Shown piece after piece: positions 55,551 to 63,756 of a stretch of DNA of 64,000 bases. Both the position numbers and the translations under genes were made by a program. The notes below the pieces were generated by a model. It did no database searches and was not told the DNA's origin. It saw only the letters and a list, made by a program, of their open reading frames with translations. The DNA is from Terriglobia bacterium (GTDB lineage Bacteria > Acidobacteriota > Terriglobia > Acidiferrales > UBA7541). Numbering within the stretch: position 1 is the stretch's first letter; each line of letters begins with the position of its first letter. The stretch spans positions 25,710-89,709 of the forward strand of contig JAIQEV010000005.1 in assembly GCA_020073585.1 (NCBI GenBank), given 5' to 3'.

Positions 55551-56361
55551 TATTCAAAAGTACCTGCGGCTGGAAATGTTCCCGCACATGCTCTGTCCGG
55601 GATGCGGACACGGCATTGTGCTGGGAGCGTTGTTGCGGGCCATCCACTCCCTGAAGCTCAGTCAGGATGAAGTCGTGGTGGTTTCCGGGATTGGCTGTTC
55701 CAGCCGGCTCTCCGGCTATGTGGACTTTGATACCCTGCACACGACGCACGGGAGACCTCTGGCGTTTGCCACGGGCATCAAGATGGCGCGGCCGGAGCTG
55801 ACCGTGATCGTCATCACGGGGGACGGCGACGGCTTGTCTATCGGCGGCAACCACCTGATCCATGCGGCCCGGCGGAATGTGGGCCTGACTTGCCTGCTGC
55901 TGAACAACGAGATCTACGGAATGACGGGCGGCCAGGCGGCGCCTACAACTCCCCTGGGAAAGATCAGCACCACGGGTCCAACGGGTCCGTTTGAGACGCC
56001 CTTCGATTCCTGCCGGCTGGTGGAGGCAGCGGGAGCCAGCTTTGTGGCGCGGGGCATCACCTATGAGCCGGCGACCCTGGAAAAGCTGATCGTCGCCGCC
56101 ATCCAGAATCCGGGGTTTTCCTTCCTGGAAATCATCAGCGACTGTCCGGAATTCTTCGGGCGCTTCAACCGGATGGGCAACCCCGCGGATCAGATTCTGG
56201 CCCAGAAGCAGAACGTGGTGGACGCCAAGACCGCGGCCACTCTGCCTCCGGAGAGACTCAAAGGAAAAATGCTGACGGGCATCCTGCATCACGAACCCCG
56301 GCCCGAATATGCGGCGAGTTACCAGGAGAGCATCGCGCAGATGGGCGCGCAGGCCCGGTGA
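55543..56361 (+). CDS. 2-oxoacid:ferredoxin oxidoreductase beta subunit (TPP-binding)
   Basis: CPGCGHGIVL, SGIGCSSR, ITGDGDGLSIGGNH, NNEIYGMTGGQ. ATGCTTGA overlap with the alpha stop. Confidence 0.9.
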   Translation: MLDIQKYLRLEMFPHMLCPGCGHGIVLGALLRAIHSLKLSQDEVVVVSGIGCSSRLSGYVDFDTLHTTHGRPLAFATGIKMARPELTVIVITGDGDGLSIGGNHLIHAARRNVGLTCLLLNNEIYGMTGGQAAPTTPLGKISTTGPTGPFETPFDSCRLVEAAGASFVARGITYEPATLEKLIVAAIQNPGFSFLEIISDCPEFFGRFNRMGNPADQILAQKQNVVDAKTAATLPPERLKGKMLTGILHHEPRPEYAASYQESIAQMGAQAR

Positions 56362-56367
56362 GGGGAT

Positions 56368-56937
56368 ATGGATCGCTACGAAATTCGACTGAGTGGAGAA
56401 GGCGGACAAGGTCTGGTCCTGGCAGGAGCCATACTGGCCGAAGCGTTGGGAATCCAATGCGGCAAGCATGTGGCTTATACCCAGTCGTACGGGCCGGAGT
56501 CGCGTGGCGGAGGCTGCCGCTCAGATCTTGTCGTCAGCGATCAGCCGATTGATTATCCGATCTGCTCGCAACTGGACTTGCTGCTATGCCTGACGCAGAA
56601 GGCTTGCGACAAATATTGGGTCCATCTCAAGGAAGGCGGATTGCTCATCGTTGATTCGACGCGGGTGACCCGCTTGCCCTCCGGTTCGTTCGAAGTGTGC
56701 AGCGTCCCCATTTTGCGGACGGCCAGTGTCAAGCTGGGGCGGGAAGTCGTGGCCAACATGGTATGCCTCGGCGTGATCGCCAATCTTTCCGGCCTGATTC
56801 CCCGCGAGGCTCTCCAGAAGGCTCTTTTGGAGAGGATTCCCAAAGGGACCGAACAGATCAATCAGCGCGCGCTGGAAGCGGGATACGGACTGACCGGTGC
56901 TCTAACGCCGGCGATGGCACACGCACCTCTCCCCTAA
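56368..56937 (+). CDS. 2-oxoacid:ferredoxin oxidoreductase gamma subunit
   Basis: MDRYEIRLSGEGGQGLVLAGAILAEA...QSYGPESRGGGCRSDLVVS. Confidence 0.85.
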   Translation: MDRYEIRLSGEGGQGLVLAGAILAEALGIQCGKHVAYTQSYGPESRGGGCRSDLVVSDQPIDYPICSQLDLLLCLTQKACDKYWVHLKEGGLLIVDSTRVTRLPSGSFEVCSVPILRTASVKLGREVVANMVCLGVIANLSGLIPREALQKALLERIPKGTEQINQRALEAGYGLTGALTPAMAHAPLP

Positions 56938-56987
56938 TTCCTCCGGCCAAGATCGCCTCCGATACTTACCGCGCGGGGCTCCCGCTC

Positions 56988-57749
56988 TTAATAGCGGGGC
57001 TCCCGTTTTTCGCGTTGCGCCAGCATGGCCTCTTTGTGGTTTTCCGAAGATACTGCCGCGATCTGGCTGGTCATGTACTCTTCCAGAAAAGGGGCCCAGT
57101 CCAGCTTAAATGCCAGGTCGAGAAGCCGCTTGGACTGCCGCTGTCCTTCCGAGGCCGCCTGCACGTAGATCTTGATTATTTCCTGCACGCGGCGCTGGAA
57201 ATCGGTATCGGGAACCAGATAATCCACCAGGCCCATGGTATGCGCTTCTTTTGCGTCAATGAAATCACCGGACAGGATGATGCGTTTGGCGCGTCCCAGG
57301 CCGATATAACGGGCCAAGCGATAGGTCCCCATTCCGGGAACAAGGCATTCCTTGACGGCCGTCAAGGCGAACTTCGTGTTCTCGGTAACGATGCGGATGT
57401 CGCTGGCCAGGGCCACCTGCATGCCGCCGCCAATGCAGAAACCGTGGATCGCGCTGATCACGATCTTATCCAGCAATTCCAAGGAGCGCAGGGCGCGCTC
57501 GACATCGCGAAACCACTCCAGGGGAAACGCGCCTTGGGAGAGAACCTTCAGATCGATTCCGCTGGAAAATCCCCGTCCGGTTCCGGAGATGACAACGACC
57601 CGCACTTGCTTTTCGCGGGCCAGCGCATCCGTAATCCTCAGGAACTCCTGAGGCCAAGGTACGTTCATGGCATTGATGACTTCCGGACGATTGAAGGTCA
57701 GATGCGCGACAGCGCCTTCAATCTTGCAGTGCATGGTCGTCAGTTCCAT
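56988..57749 (-). CDS. Enoyl-CoA hydratase/isomerase (crotonase) family protein
   Basis: VAHLTFNRPEVINAM, VVVISGTGRGFSSGIDL, AIHGFCIGGGMQVALASDIRI. Confidence 0.85.
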   Translation of the reverse strand: MELTTMHCKIEGAVAHLTFNRPEVINAMNVPWPQEFLRITDALAREKQVRVVVISGTGRGFSSGIDLKVLSQGAFPLEWFRDVERALRSLELLDKIVISAIHGFCIGGGMQVALASDIRIVTENTKFALTAVKECLVPGMGTYRLARYIGLGRAKRIILSGDFIDAKEAHTMGLVDYLVPDTDFQRRVQEIIKIYVQAASEGQRQSKRLLDLAFKLDWAPFLEEYMTSQIAAVSSENHKEAMLAQREKREPRY

Positions 57750-57804
57750 CGTCTGTCACTCCTCGTGGTTTTCAGCTTTCCTGCAAGTTTTTGGCAGGCC
57801 TGCG

Positions 57805-58692
57805 CTAGGCCAGCTCCAGCACGCGATGCATAACCCTCTCGCGTCCCCTGCGCTTTTCCGCTTCCGTGTGAGGCGGACCCTGAAAATTCTCCTCGAAAAA
57901 GGCCAGCGCCCTTTCGGCCAGCAAGAAGTAACAGTCGCGAAAGACCCGCCAGGCGTCGTTGGCCAGCCAGCCTTCGGGTAGAAGTTCCGAAGGCAGCCCC
58001 GGGTCCAGATAGAGGAATCTGCCGTATTCATGGAGCAGCCGCATCTTGGAAGCGAAACAGACATTGTCGGAGGGCGCGTGACCGGTTTTGAAGCGCGATT
58101 GGTAAGAACGCCACACGGGCTTCCACGCTTTGATGAAGTCGCGATGGCACGCCTGCACGGCGCTCAGATCCCAGCATCTGGCGACCAGATCGGTGCCGGC
58201 CTGCGCGTTGACGTGCCGTGCTCGAAACAAGTTGACGTACTTATCCAGACGCCGCTCGGCGAGATGCTTGAGGGTCAGCTCCACCGCGGGTTTCGGTATG
58301 ATCCAACTGGCCGGGGTGAGCGAACCAAAGCCCAGCCAGATCAACTCCCGGCGCAGCCGCTCGCGATGCTGGCGCAGCTTTTCCGGCAGCGAATAGCTCA
58401 GGATCGTCCACTGGCCATCCCACTTCTCGACGCGGGGAGCAAAAATCCTGGGTGCGGCCTCTTCCACGCGGTCCCGGCCCATTGGCGTCAGCGCATAGTA
58501 GCTCTTCTTGCCAAAGACGGAGCGCTCCAGCCAATCCTGTTGGGCCAGGCGGCAGAGGGCGGCGCGCACGGCCACGGCCGAAAATCCCATCTCTTCGCAG
58601 AGCCGCAGCAGGCTCCGCACGTGGATGGAACCGCCGTAGTGCTGGACGTAATCGAGATAGATCTCAAAAACCGCCCTGCGCGCCTTCACCAA
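57805..58692 (-). CDS. PaaX-family transcriptional regulator (copy 2)
   Basis: VFEIYLDYVQHYGGSIHVRSLLRLCEEMGFSAVAVRAALCRLAQQDWL, WDGQWTILSY, LLHEYGRFLYLDPGLPSELLPEGW. Apparent operon with the crotonase. Confidence 0.85.
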   Translation of the reverse strand: MVKARRAVFEIYLDYVQHYGGSIHVRSLLRLCEEMGFSAVAVRAALCRLAQQDWLERSVFGKKSYYALTPMGRDRVEEAAPRIFAPRVEKWDGQWTILSYSLPEKLRQHRERLRRELIWLGFGSLTPASWIIPKPAVELTLKHLAERRLDKYVNLFRARHVNAQAGTDLVARCWDLSAVQACHRDFIKAWKPVWRSYQSRFKTGHAPSDNVCFASKMRLLHEYGRFLYLDPGLPSELLPEGWLANDAWRVFRDCYFLLAERALAFFEENFQGPPHTEAEKRRGRERVMHRVLELA

Positions 58693-58875
58693 GACTCTCC
58701 TTCAAAACGTGCAACACCCGCCAGCGTTCCAGCTCCCGCGTGCCTCGCAGCCTTCCCGTGCCGGCACTGCGGAGCAGCTCCTTGACAGGAAATGACCGCG
58801 ATTATATCGTTGCATTCCTCCACGTGTACACATAAAGTTTGTAACAAATTTTAGCAAGCTTGCGGGTGTGAAACC

Positions 58876-59805
58876 ATGGAGTGGGCCATCCACCTAGGGG
58901 ACGGAAGCCGGGCGGAAAATTGGGACGAACTTTTCCCTTGCCGGCCCCCGCGCTCGCATGAATCTCCTCTACAGGAGGCTCAAGCAGCCGCTGCCCAAAT
59001 GCTGGAGCGGGTGGCCGGGCGAATTTCCCCGCGACGCGCCTATGTCGGAAACGAATTCTGCCAGAGCTTGATTCCCGCGCCGGAGCATCTTTCCCGGATT
59101 TGCCGCACCCTGTGGAAGTCGGGCGTGAACATAACCTTTCTGACCCCACCGGTTACGGATGAAGGCCTGGATAGATTGCGGATTTTATTTACCTGGCTGG
59201 TCCGGCAGAAACACGCCGTCGAAGTGGTCTTCAACGACTGGGGCACGCTGGAGTTGCTGCACCAGGAATTTGAAAAGCTGGACCCCGTGCGCGGCCGCCT
59301 CCTGAACAAGATTCTGCGCGATCCTCGGGTCACTCCTCTGTACAATTCGCCGACTGCTCCTGACGGGATACGGGCCGCCTTGCAGCCAGGCAGTCTCGAT
59401 ACACCGTTTCTGCGGCGCTTGCTGAGCCGGTACAGAGTGCGGTCCGTGGAGTCGGACGTCCTGGCGCTCGGCCCGGATGCGGATTTTCGCCGGCTTTCCT
59501 TTGCAGTATCTTTCTACTTTCCGTATGGATTTGTAACGACAGGGCGGCAATGCATGATGGGTTCGCTCCGCCTGAAGAATGGCGGGCGATTTCAGCCCGG
59601 GCTCTCCTGCCAGCGTGAGTGCCGGCTGTACCTCACGGAACACCGGTTTTCCGGAACGACGCTGGAGACCAAGGGGACAGCGTTTTATCAGCGCGGAAAC
59701 ACCTTTTTTTATTGCCCCCCGCCAGATGTGCTCGATAGTTTCTTGGAGCGGGCCGAGAAAAATGGCGTGAGCCGTGTGGTATATGAACCCGGCTTGCCCA
59801 TGTGA
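58876..59805 (+). CDS. U32-superfamily protein, UbiV-like (putative Fe-S subunit of an O2-independent hydroxylase)
   Basis: Block-by-block parallel to E. coli UbiV as remembered: YVGNEFCQS ~ YLGEAVCSK; VVFNDWGTLELL ~ LIEASDLGVVNM; FYFPYGFVTTGRQCM ~ LSYGHLPLAYSARCF; SCQRECRLY ~ ECETCCIKY; VSRVVYEP ~ VDVVRLSP. The 1+3 Cys pattern is kept. Confidence 0.55.
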   Translation: MEWAIHLGDGSRAENWDELFPCRPPRSHESPLQEAQAAAAQMLERVAGRISPRRAYVGNEFCQSLIPAPEHLSRICRTLWKSGVNITFLTPPVTDEGLDRLRILFTWLVRQKHAVEVVFNDWGTLELLHQEFEKLDPVRGRLLNKILRDPRVTPLYNSPTAPDGIRAALQPGSLDTPFLRRLLSRYRVRSVESDVLALGPDADFRRLSFAVSFYFPYGFVTTGRQCMMGSLRLKNGGRFQPGLSCQRECRLYLTEHRFSGTTLETKGTAFYQRGNTFFYCPPPDVLDSFLERAEKNGVSRVVYEPGLPM

Positions 59806-59812
59806 GTGCCTG

Positions 59813-60826
59813 ATGAAAATCCTGGCGCCTTTGAATTCGCCTGAAGAGACACAGATGCTCCTGGCCAACGGAGCCGAGGAGCTCTATTGCGGACTGGTGC
59901 CCGAGGAATGGGTGGCCCGCAACACCGGCGCCGTCTGGTTGAACCGGCGCAGCCCGGCGGGCGGCAACCTGCGCAGTTTCTTCGATCTCGCGCGAGTGGT
60001 TGAAGAGGCCCACGCGTGGTCCGTTCCCGTCTTCGTGACGCTGAACGCACAGGGCTACACGGCGGGACAATTGCCGCAGGTCCTGGAGCTGGCGCGCCGC
60101 TACGTCGAAGAAGCCCGCATCGATGCTTTGATTGTGTCCGATCCAGCGCTGATCGTGGCCTTGGCAGAAGAGAGCCTGGGCTGCGCCCTGCATCTCAGCT
60201 CCATTGCCGCGTCCTTGAATGCGCGAGCCATCCGCTTCTTCCGCTCCTTGGGTATCCGCCGTGTGATTCTGCCGCGTTCCGTGACCCTGGAGGAAATCCG
60301 GCAAATGGCCTGCAGTGCCGGCCCGGAAGTTGAGCTCGAAGTATTTATTCTGAACGATGGATGCATTTTCGAGGAAGGGAACTGCCTTACGACGCATCAT
60401 CACTCGGTAGGCGCATTCTGCACCGGCCTGGCCCGGATGGATTCCCGGCCGGTAAAGATTTCCGGTTCCCCCTGGCTTCCCGGGGAGAAGGAAAGCGTGG
60501 ACGCGCTCCTCGAAGAGTTTCATCAGCGAATCAATATGCTTACCAATGCCGATGCCACACAGGGAAAAGGGCTCCCCGGGCCCTGCGGGCTATGCGCGAT
60601 TCCGTTTTTGCAGCGTGCCGGTATCTCCTCTCTCAAGATTGTCGGGCGCGAAGCCTCCGCCTTGCGAAAGTTGATGAGCCTGAAGCTGGTGCGGGCCGTT
60701 GTGGATCAGGTGCGGCGCGAGATTCCCGAAGCGGCTGTGCAGCACTACGCGCAGTCCCTTCGAGGCGGAGCGTCACCGTGCGTCCCAGGCAGAATGTGCT
60801 ATTACGAACTTGGAGAAACGGCATGA
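59813..60826 (+). CDS. Peptidase-U32-family protein (UbiU/RlhA/TrhP-type)
   Basis: MKILAPLNSPEETQMLLANGAEELYCG, VFVTLNAQ, IDALIVSDPALI, LHLSSIAASLN, U32 signature-like EVFILNDGCIFEEGNCL, plus additional CGLC. Confidence 0.75.
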   Translation: MKILAPLNSPEETQMLLANGAEELYCGLVPEEWVARNTGAVWLNRRSPAGGNLRSFFDLARVVEEAHAWSVPVFVTLNAQGYTAGQLPQVLELARRYVEEARIDALIVSDPALIVALAEESLGCALHLSSIAASLNARAIRFFRSLGIRRVILPRSVTLEEIRQMACSAGPEVELEVFILNDGCIFEEGNCLTTHHHSVGAFCTGLARMDSRPVKISGSPWLPGEKESVDALLEEFHQRINMLTNADATQGKGLPGPCGLCAIPFLQRAGISSLKIVGREASALRKLMSLKLVRAVVDQVRREIPEAAVQHYAQSLRGGASPCVPGRMCYYELGETA

Positions 60827-61932
60827 AAAGAGGAACCAGGGACTGTCGCGCTTTCGGCCGCGGGCGTCCAGCAGAGCTGTTGGCCTTGCTGGCTGTGATG
60901 GTTATGTTCTTCTTCGTCCCCGCCGGGACGGCGGCGCAGGCGCAAGGACCGGATTTGTACGTGGTCGCCATGCATCCCCGCTCCCTGCTCCTGTTCGACG
61001 GCAGCCGCGATGAAATCGTCGGGGAGATACAGACGCGCGGGCGCAATCCCAGAGAGGTTGTGCCGTCACCGGATGGCCGGTTTGTGTATGCGACCACCGA
61101 AGGACGCGCCCAGTTGGAGATGATCAATCTGCAGACTCGCAAAGTCGAGCGGGTCTTCGACCTCGCGCCGCAAGGCTACCGGCTGACGATTTATGGAGTG
61201 GCGATCAGCAGCAAGGGAGACCGGTTGTACGTGCACGTCAAACCGGTGCGCGAACTGGCGGACGAGTACAAAGTGGATCCTCCCCAGATCTGGGCGGTGA
61301 ACGTGAATACGGGAAAGAGCGAGAAAATCGTGGAAGTGCCGCAGGGCGTGGCCGCGCTGGTAATGACAAAGGACGAACGGCGGCTCATCGCCTGGGGGCG
61401 CGATCTCTATTACATCGATCTGGCCCAGGGCCGCATCACGGATACAGTTCCTCTGTTCAACCGCAATCTGCCCGGCCAGGGACCGCTCGACACCCTGCCG
61501 CTGTTCATCGAATATGAGCGCAGCGGCGTCCTGAGCTGCCCGTATTACACGACGGATCCGATTCTCAAGAAGACCCTTTTTGGTTTGGCGAATCTCGATC
61601 TGGACACCGGCAAGATGGATCTGGTGGAACTGGGTCCGGCCATCCCGCTCTATTCGAGCGTGGTGTCCGCGGACCGCAAGCGGGCCTATGGGGTGATGAA
61701 CCAGTTGGTGGCGGTGGACTTGTCTGCGGGAAGAGTCCGGAATGTGCAGGATCTGGAGCGCACCCAGTACATCACCAATATCAGCCGGGACGGCAAGAAA
61801 CTGTATGTTTCCGGCGCATCCTATTTCATCCATGTTTACGATACCGAGACAATGAAGTTGACCAAGACCGTAAAACTGTCCGGCGATGCCAGCATTTCGT
61901 TCAGCGCCATACCGGCGGTCGCGGTGCATTGA
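60823..61932 (+). CDS. Exported YVTN/YncE-like beta-propeller repeat protein
   Basis: ATGA overlap with the U32 gene. Signal peptide LLALLAVMVMFFFVPAGTAAQA. Repeated SPDGRFVYATT / SSKGDRLYV / SADRKRAYG / SRDGKKLYVSG blades. Confidence 0.7.
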   Translation: MKRGTRDCRAFGRGRPAELLALLAVMVMFFFVPAGTAAQAQGPDLYVVAMHPRSLLLFDGSRDEIVGEIQTRGRNPREVVPSPDGRFVYATTEGRAQLEMINLQTRKVERVFDLAPQGYRLTIYGVAISSKGDRLYVHVKPVRELADEYKVDPPQIWAVNVNTGKSEKIVEVPQGVAALVMTKDERRLIAWGRDLYYIDLAQGRITDTVPLFNRNLPGQGPLDTLPLFIEYERSGVLSCPYYTTDPILKKTLFGLANLDLDTGKMDLVELGPAIPLYSSVVSADRKRAYGVMNQLVAVDLSAGRVRNVQDLERTQYITNISRDGKKLYVSGASYFIHVYDTETMKLTKTVKLSGDASISFSAIPAVAVH

Positions 61933-62005
61933 TGCGCGGAGTTTTCATCCTGGAAGAAAGCCAGGGGGAAAGAAGCGATAAATTTGCGTGTGGGATGAGC
62001 AATCT

Positions 62006-63730
62006 ATGACGGTGGGAAACTCAACCAACAATCGTTTGAGCTATTGTCACGGAACGGGGCCGCTTCCCCTCCTGGGGCTTTGTGTGGGGCAGGTGCTGGA
62101 CGATACGGCCCGCGCCTACCCGGACAATCCGGCGCTCATCGCCCGGCACCAGAACAAGCGCTATACCTACCGGGAATTCCTGCGGGAGGTCGAACGAGCA
62201 GCAAGCGGACTGCTGCGGTTGGGAGTCCAGAAGAGTGATCGGGTCGGCATCTGGTCCACTAACTGTGCGGAATGGGTGGTGGCGCAGTTTGCCGCGGCCA
62301 AGATAGGGGCGATCCTGGTCAGCATCAATCCCGCCAACCGTGCGTTCGAACTGGAACATGTCTTGAGGCACTCCGAATGCCAGACACTCGTGCTGGCCCG
62401 GAGTTTTCGCGATTGCGACTACCTCGAGACGGTGCGGCATCTCTGCCCGGAATCGGTTCGCAGCCGGCCCGGTGACTTGCAGTCCGCAAGGCTGCCCAGC
62501 TTGAAGAATCTGATCCTGATCGGCGAGGGCCCGGTCCCGGACTGCATGTATCGTTGGGAAGAACTGTCAGAGCTGGGGAAAGATTTGCCCGCTGGGGAAC
62601 TTCAGGAACGCGAAGCATCCTTGGAGTTCGACGATCCCATCAGCCTCCAGTACACCTCAGGCACTACAGGCATGCCCAAAGGGACCATGCTCACCCACCA
62701 CAATATGGTCAACAACGCTTTTTTCGCCGGCGCCAGCATGAAGTTGACACACCGGGACCGGCTCTGCATTCCGGTCCCTTTCTACCACTGTTTCGGGATG
62801 GTCCTGAGCAACCTGCTGTGCGTGTTGTCGGGAGCGGCGATGGTTCTTCCCGCCGCCCATTTCGACGCTTTGGAAACTTTGCGGGCATTAGCCGAAGAGC
62901 GCTGCACGGCAGTGCATGGTGTCCCGACCATGTTTATCGCGGAACTGGAGCACCCGGAGTTCAGCCGCTTCGATCTGAGCATGCTGCGCACTGGAATTGT
63001 CGGCGCTTCACCCTGCCCGATCGAAGTGATGAAACGCGTGGTGCAGTCCATGCACTTGCGTGATCTAACGATTGCCTACGGCCTCACCGAGGCTTCTCCG
63101 CTGATCACGCAAACCAGCACCGGCGTTTCCGTGGAACTCCTGGTAACGACCGTGGGCCAGCCCCTGCCGCACACCGAAGTGAAGATTATCGATGTGGCGA
63201 CGGGGATGACCGTCCCGGTTGGCGTGCAGGGAGAACTGTGCGTCCGCGGATACATGGTGATGAAGGGCTACTACAAGAACGCCGAGGCCACCCGGCTGGC
63301 GGTTGACGAAAACGGCTGGCTGCATTCGGGAGATCTCGCCACGATGGGCGATGACGGATATTTCCGGATCACCGGACGAGCCAAGGACGTCATCATTCGG
63401 GGCGGTGAAAACATTTACCCGGGGGAAATCGAGGAGTTTTTGTACACGTGTCCCGGCGTCAGTAACGCGCAGGTGATCGGCGTTCCGGATGTTAAGTATG
63501 GAGAGCGCATCGTCGCCTGGGTAAAACTGGAACCCGAGGCCAAGTTGACGGCGGAAGAGATCATAAAGTTCTGCGAAGGCAAAATCGCCGCTTATAAGGT
63601 TCCCAAGCACGTCAAGATAGTGGATTCTTTCCCGATGACCCTGAGCGGCAAAATCCAGAAGTTCAAGATGCGTGAAATGGCCATCCAGGAACTGCAGCAG
63701 AAAGGAGCGGCCAATACGGGGAGTGCTTGA
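62006..63730 (+). CDS. AMP-forming acyl-CoA synthetase/ligase (ANL superfamily)
   Basis: LQYTSGTTGMPKGTMLTHHN (A3), YGLTEASP, GELCVRGY, SGDLA..DDGYFRITGRAKD, GKIQKF (A10 Lys). Confidence 0.9.
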   Translation: MTVGNSTNNRLSYCHGTGPLPLLGLCVGQVLDDTARAYPDNPALIARHQNKRYTYREFLREVERAASGLLRLGVQKSDRVGIWSTNCAEWVVAQFAAAKIGAILVSINPANRAFELEHVLRHSECQTLVLARSFRDCDYLETVRHLCPESVRSRPGDLQSARLPSLKNLILIGEGPVPDCMYRWEELSELGKDLPAGELQEREASLEFDDPISLQYTSGTTGMPKGTMLTHHNMVNNAFFAGASMKLTHRDRLCIPVPFYHCFGMVLSNLLCVLSGAAMVLPAAHFDALETLRALAEERCTAVHGVPTMFIAELEHPEFSRFDLSMLRTGIVGASPCPIEVMKRVVQSMHLRDLTIAYGLTEASPLITQTSTGVSVELLVTTVGQPLPHTEVKIIDVATGMTVPVGVQGELCVRGYMVMKGYYKNAEATRLAVDENGWLHSGDLATMGDDGYFRITGRAKDVIIRGGENIYPGEIEEFLYTCPGVSNAQVIGVPDVKYGERIVAWVKLEPEAKLTAEEIIKFCEGKIAAYKVPKHVKIVDSFPMTLSGKIQKFKMREMAIQELQQKGAANTGSA

Positions 63731-63756
63731 GGAGGATGAGCCAGGCCACTCTCCAG

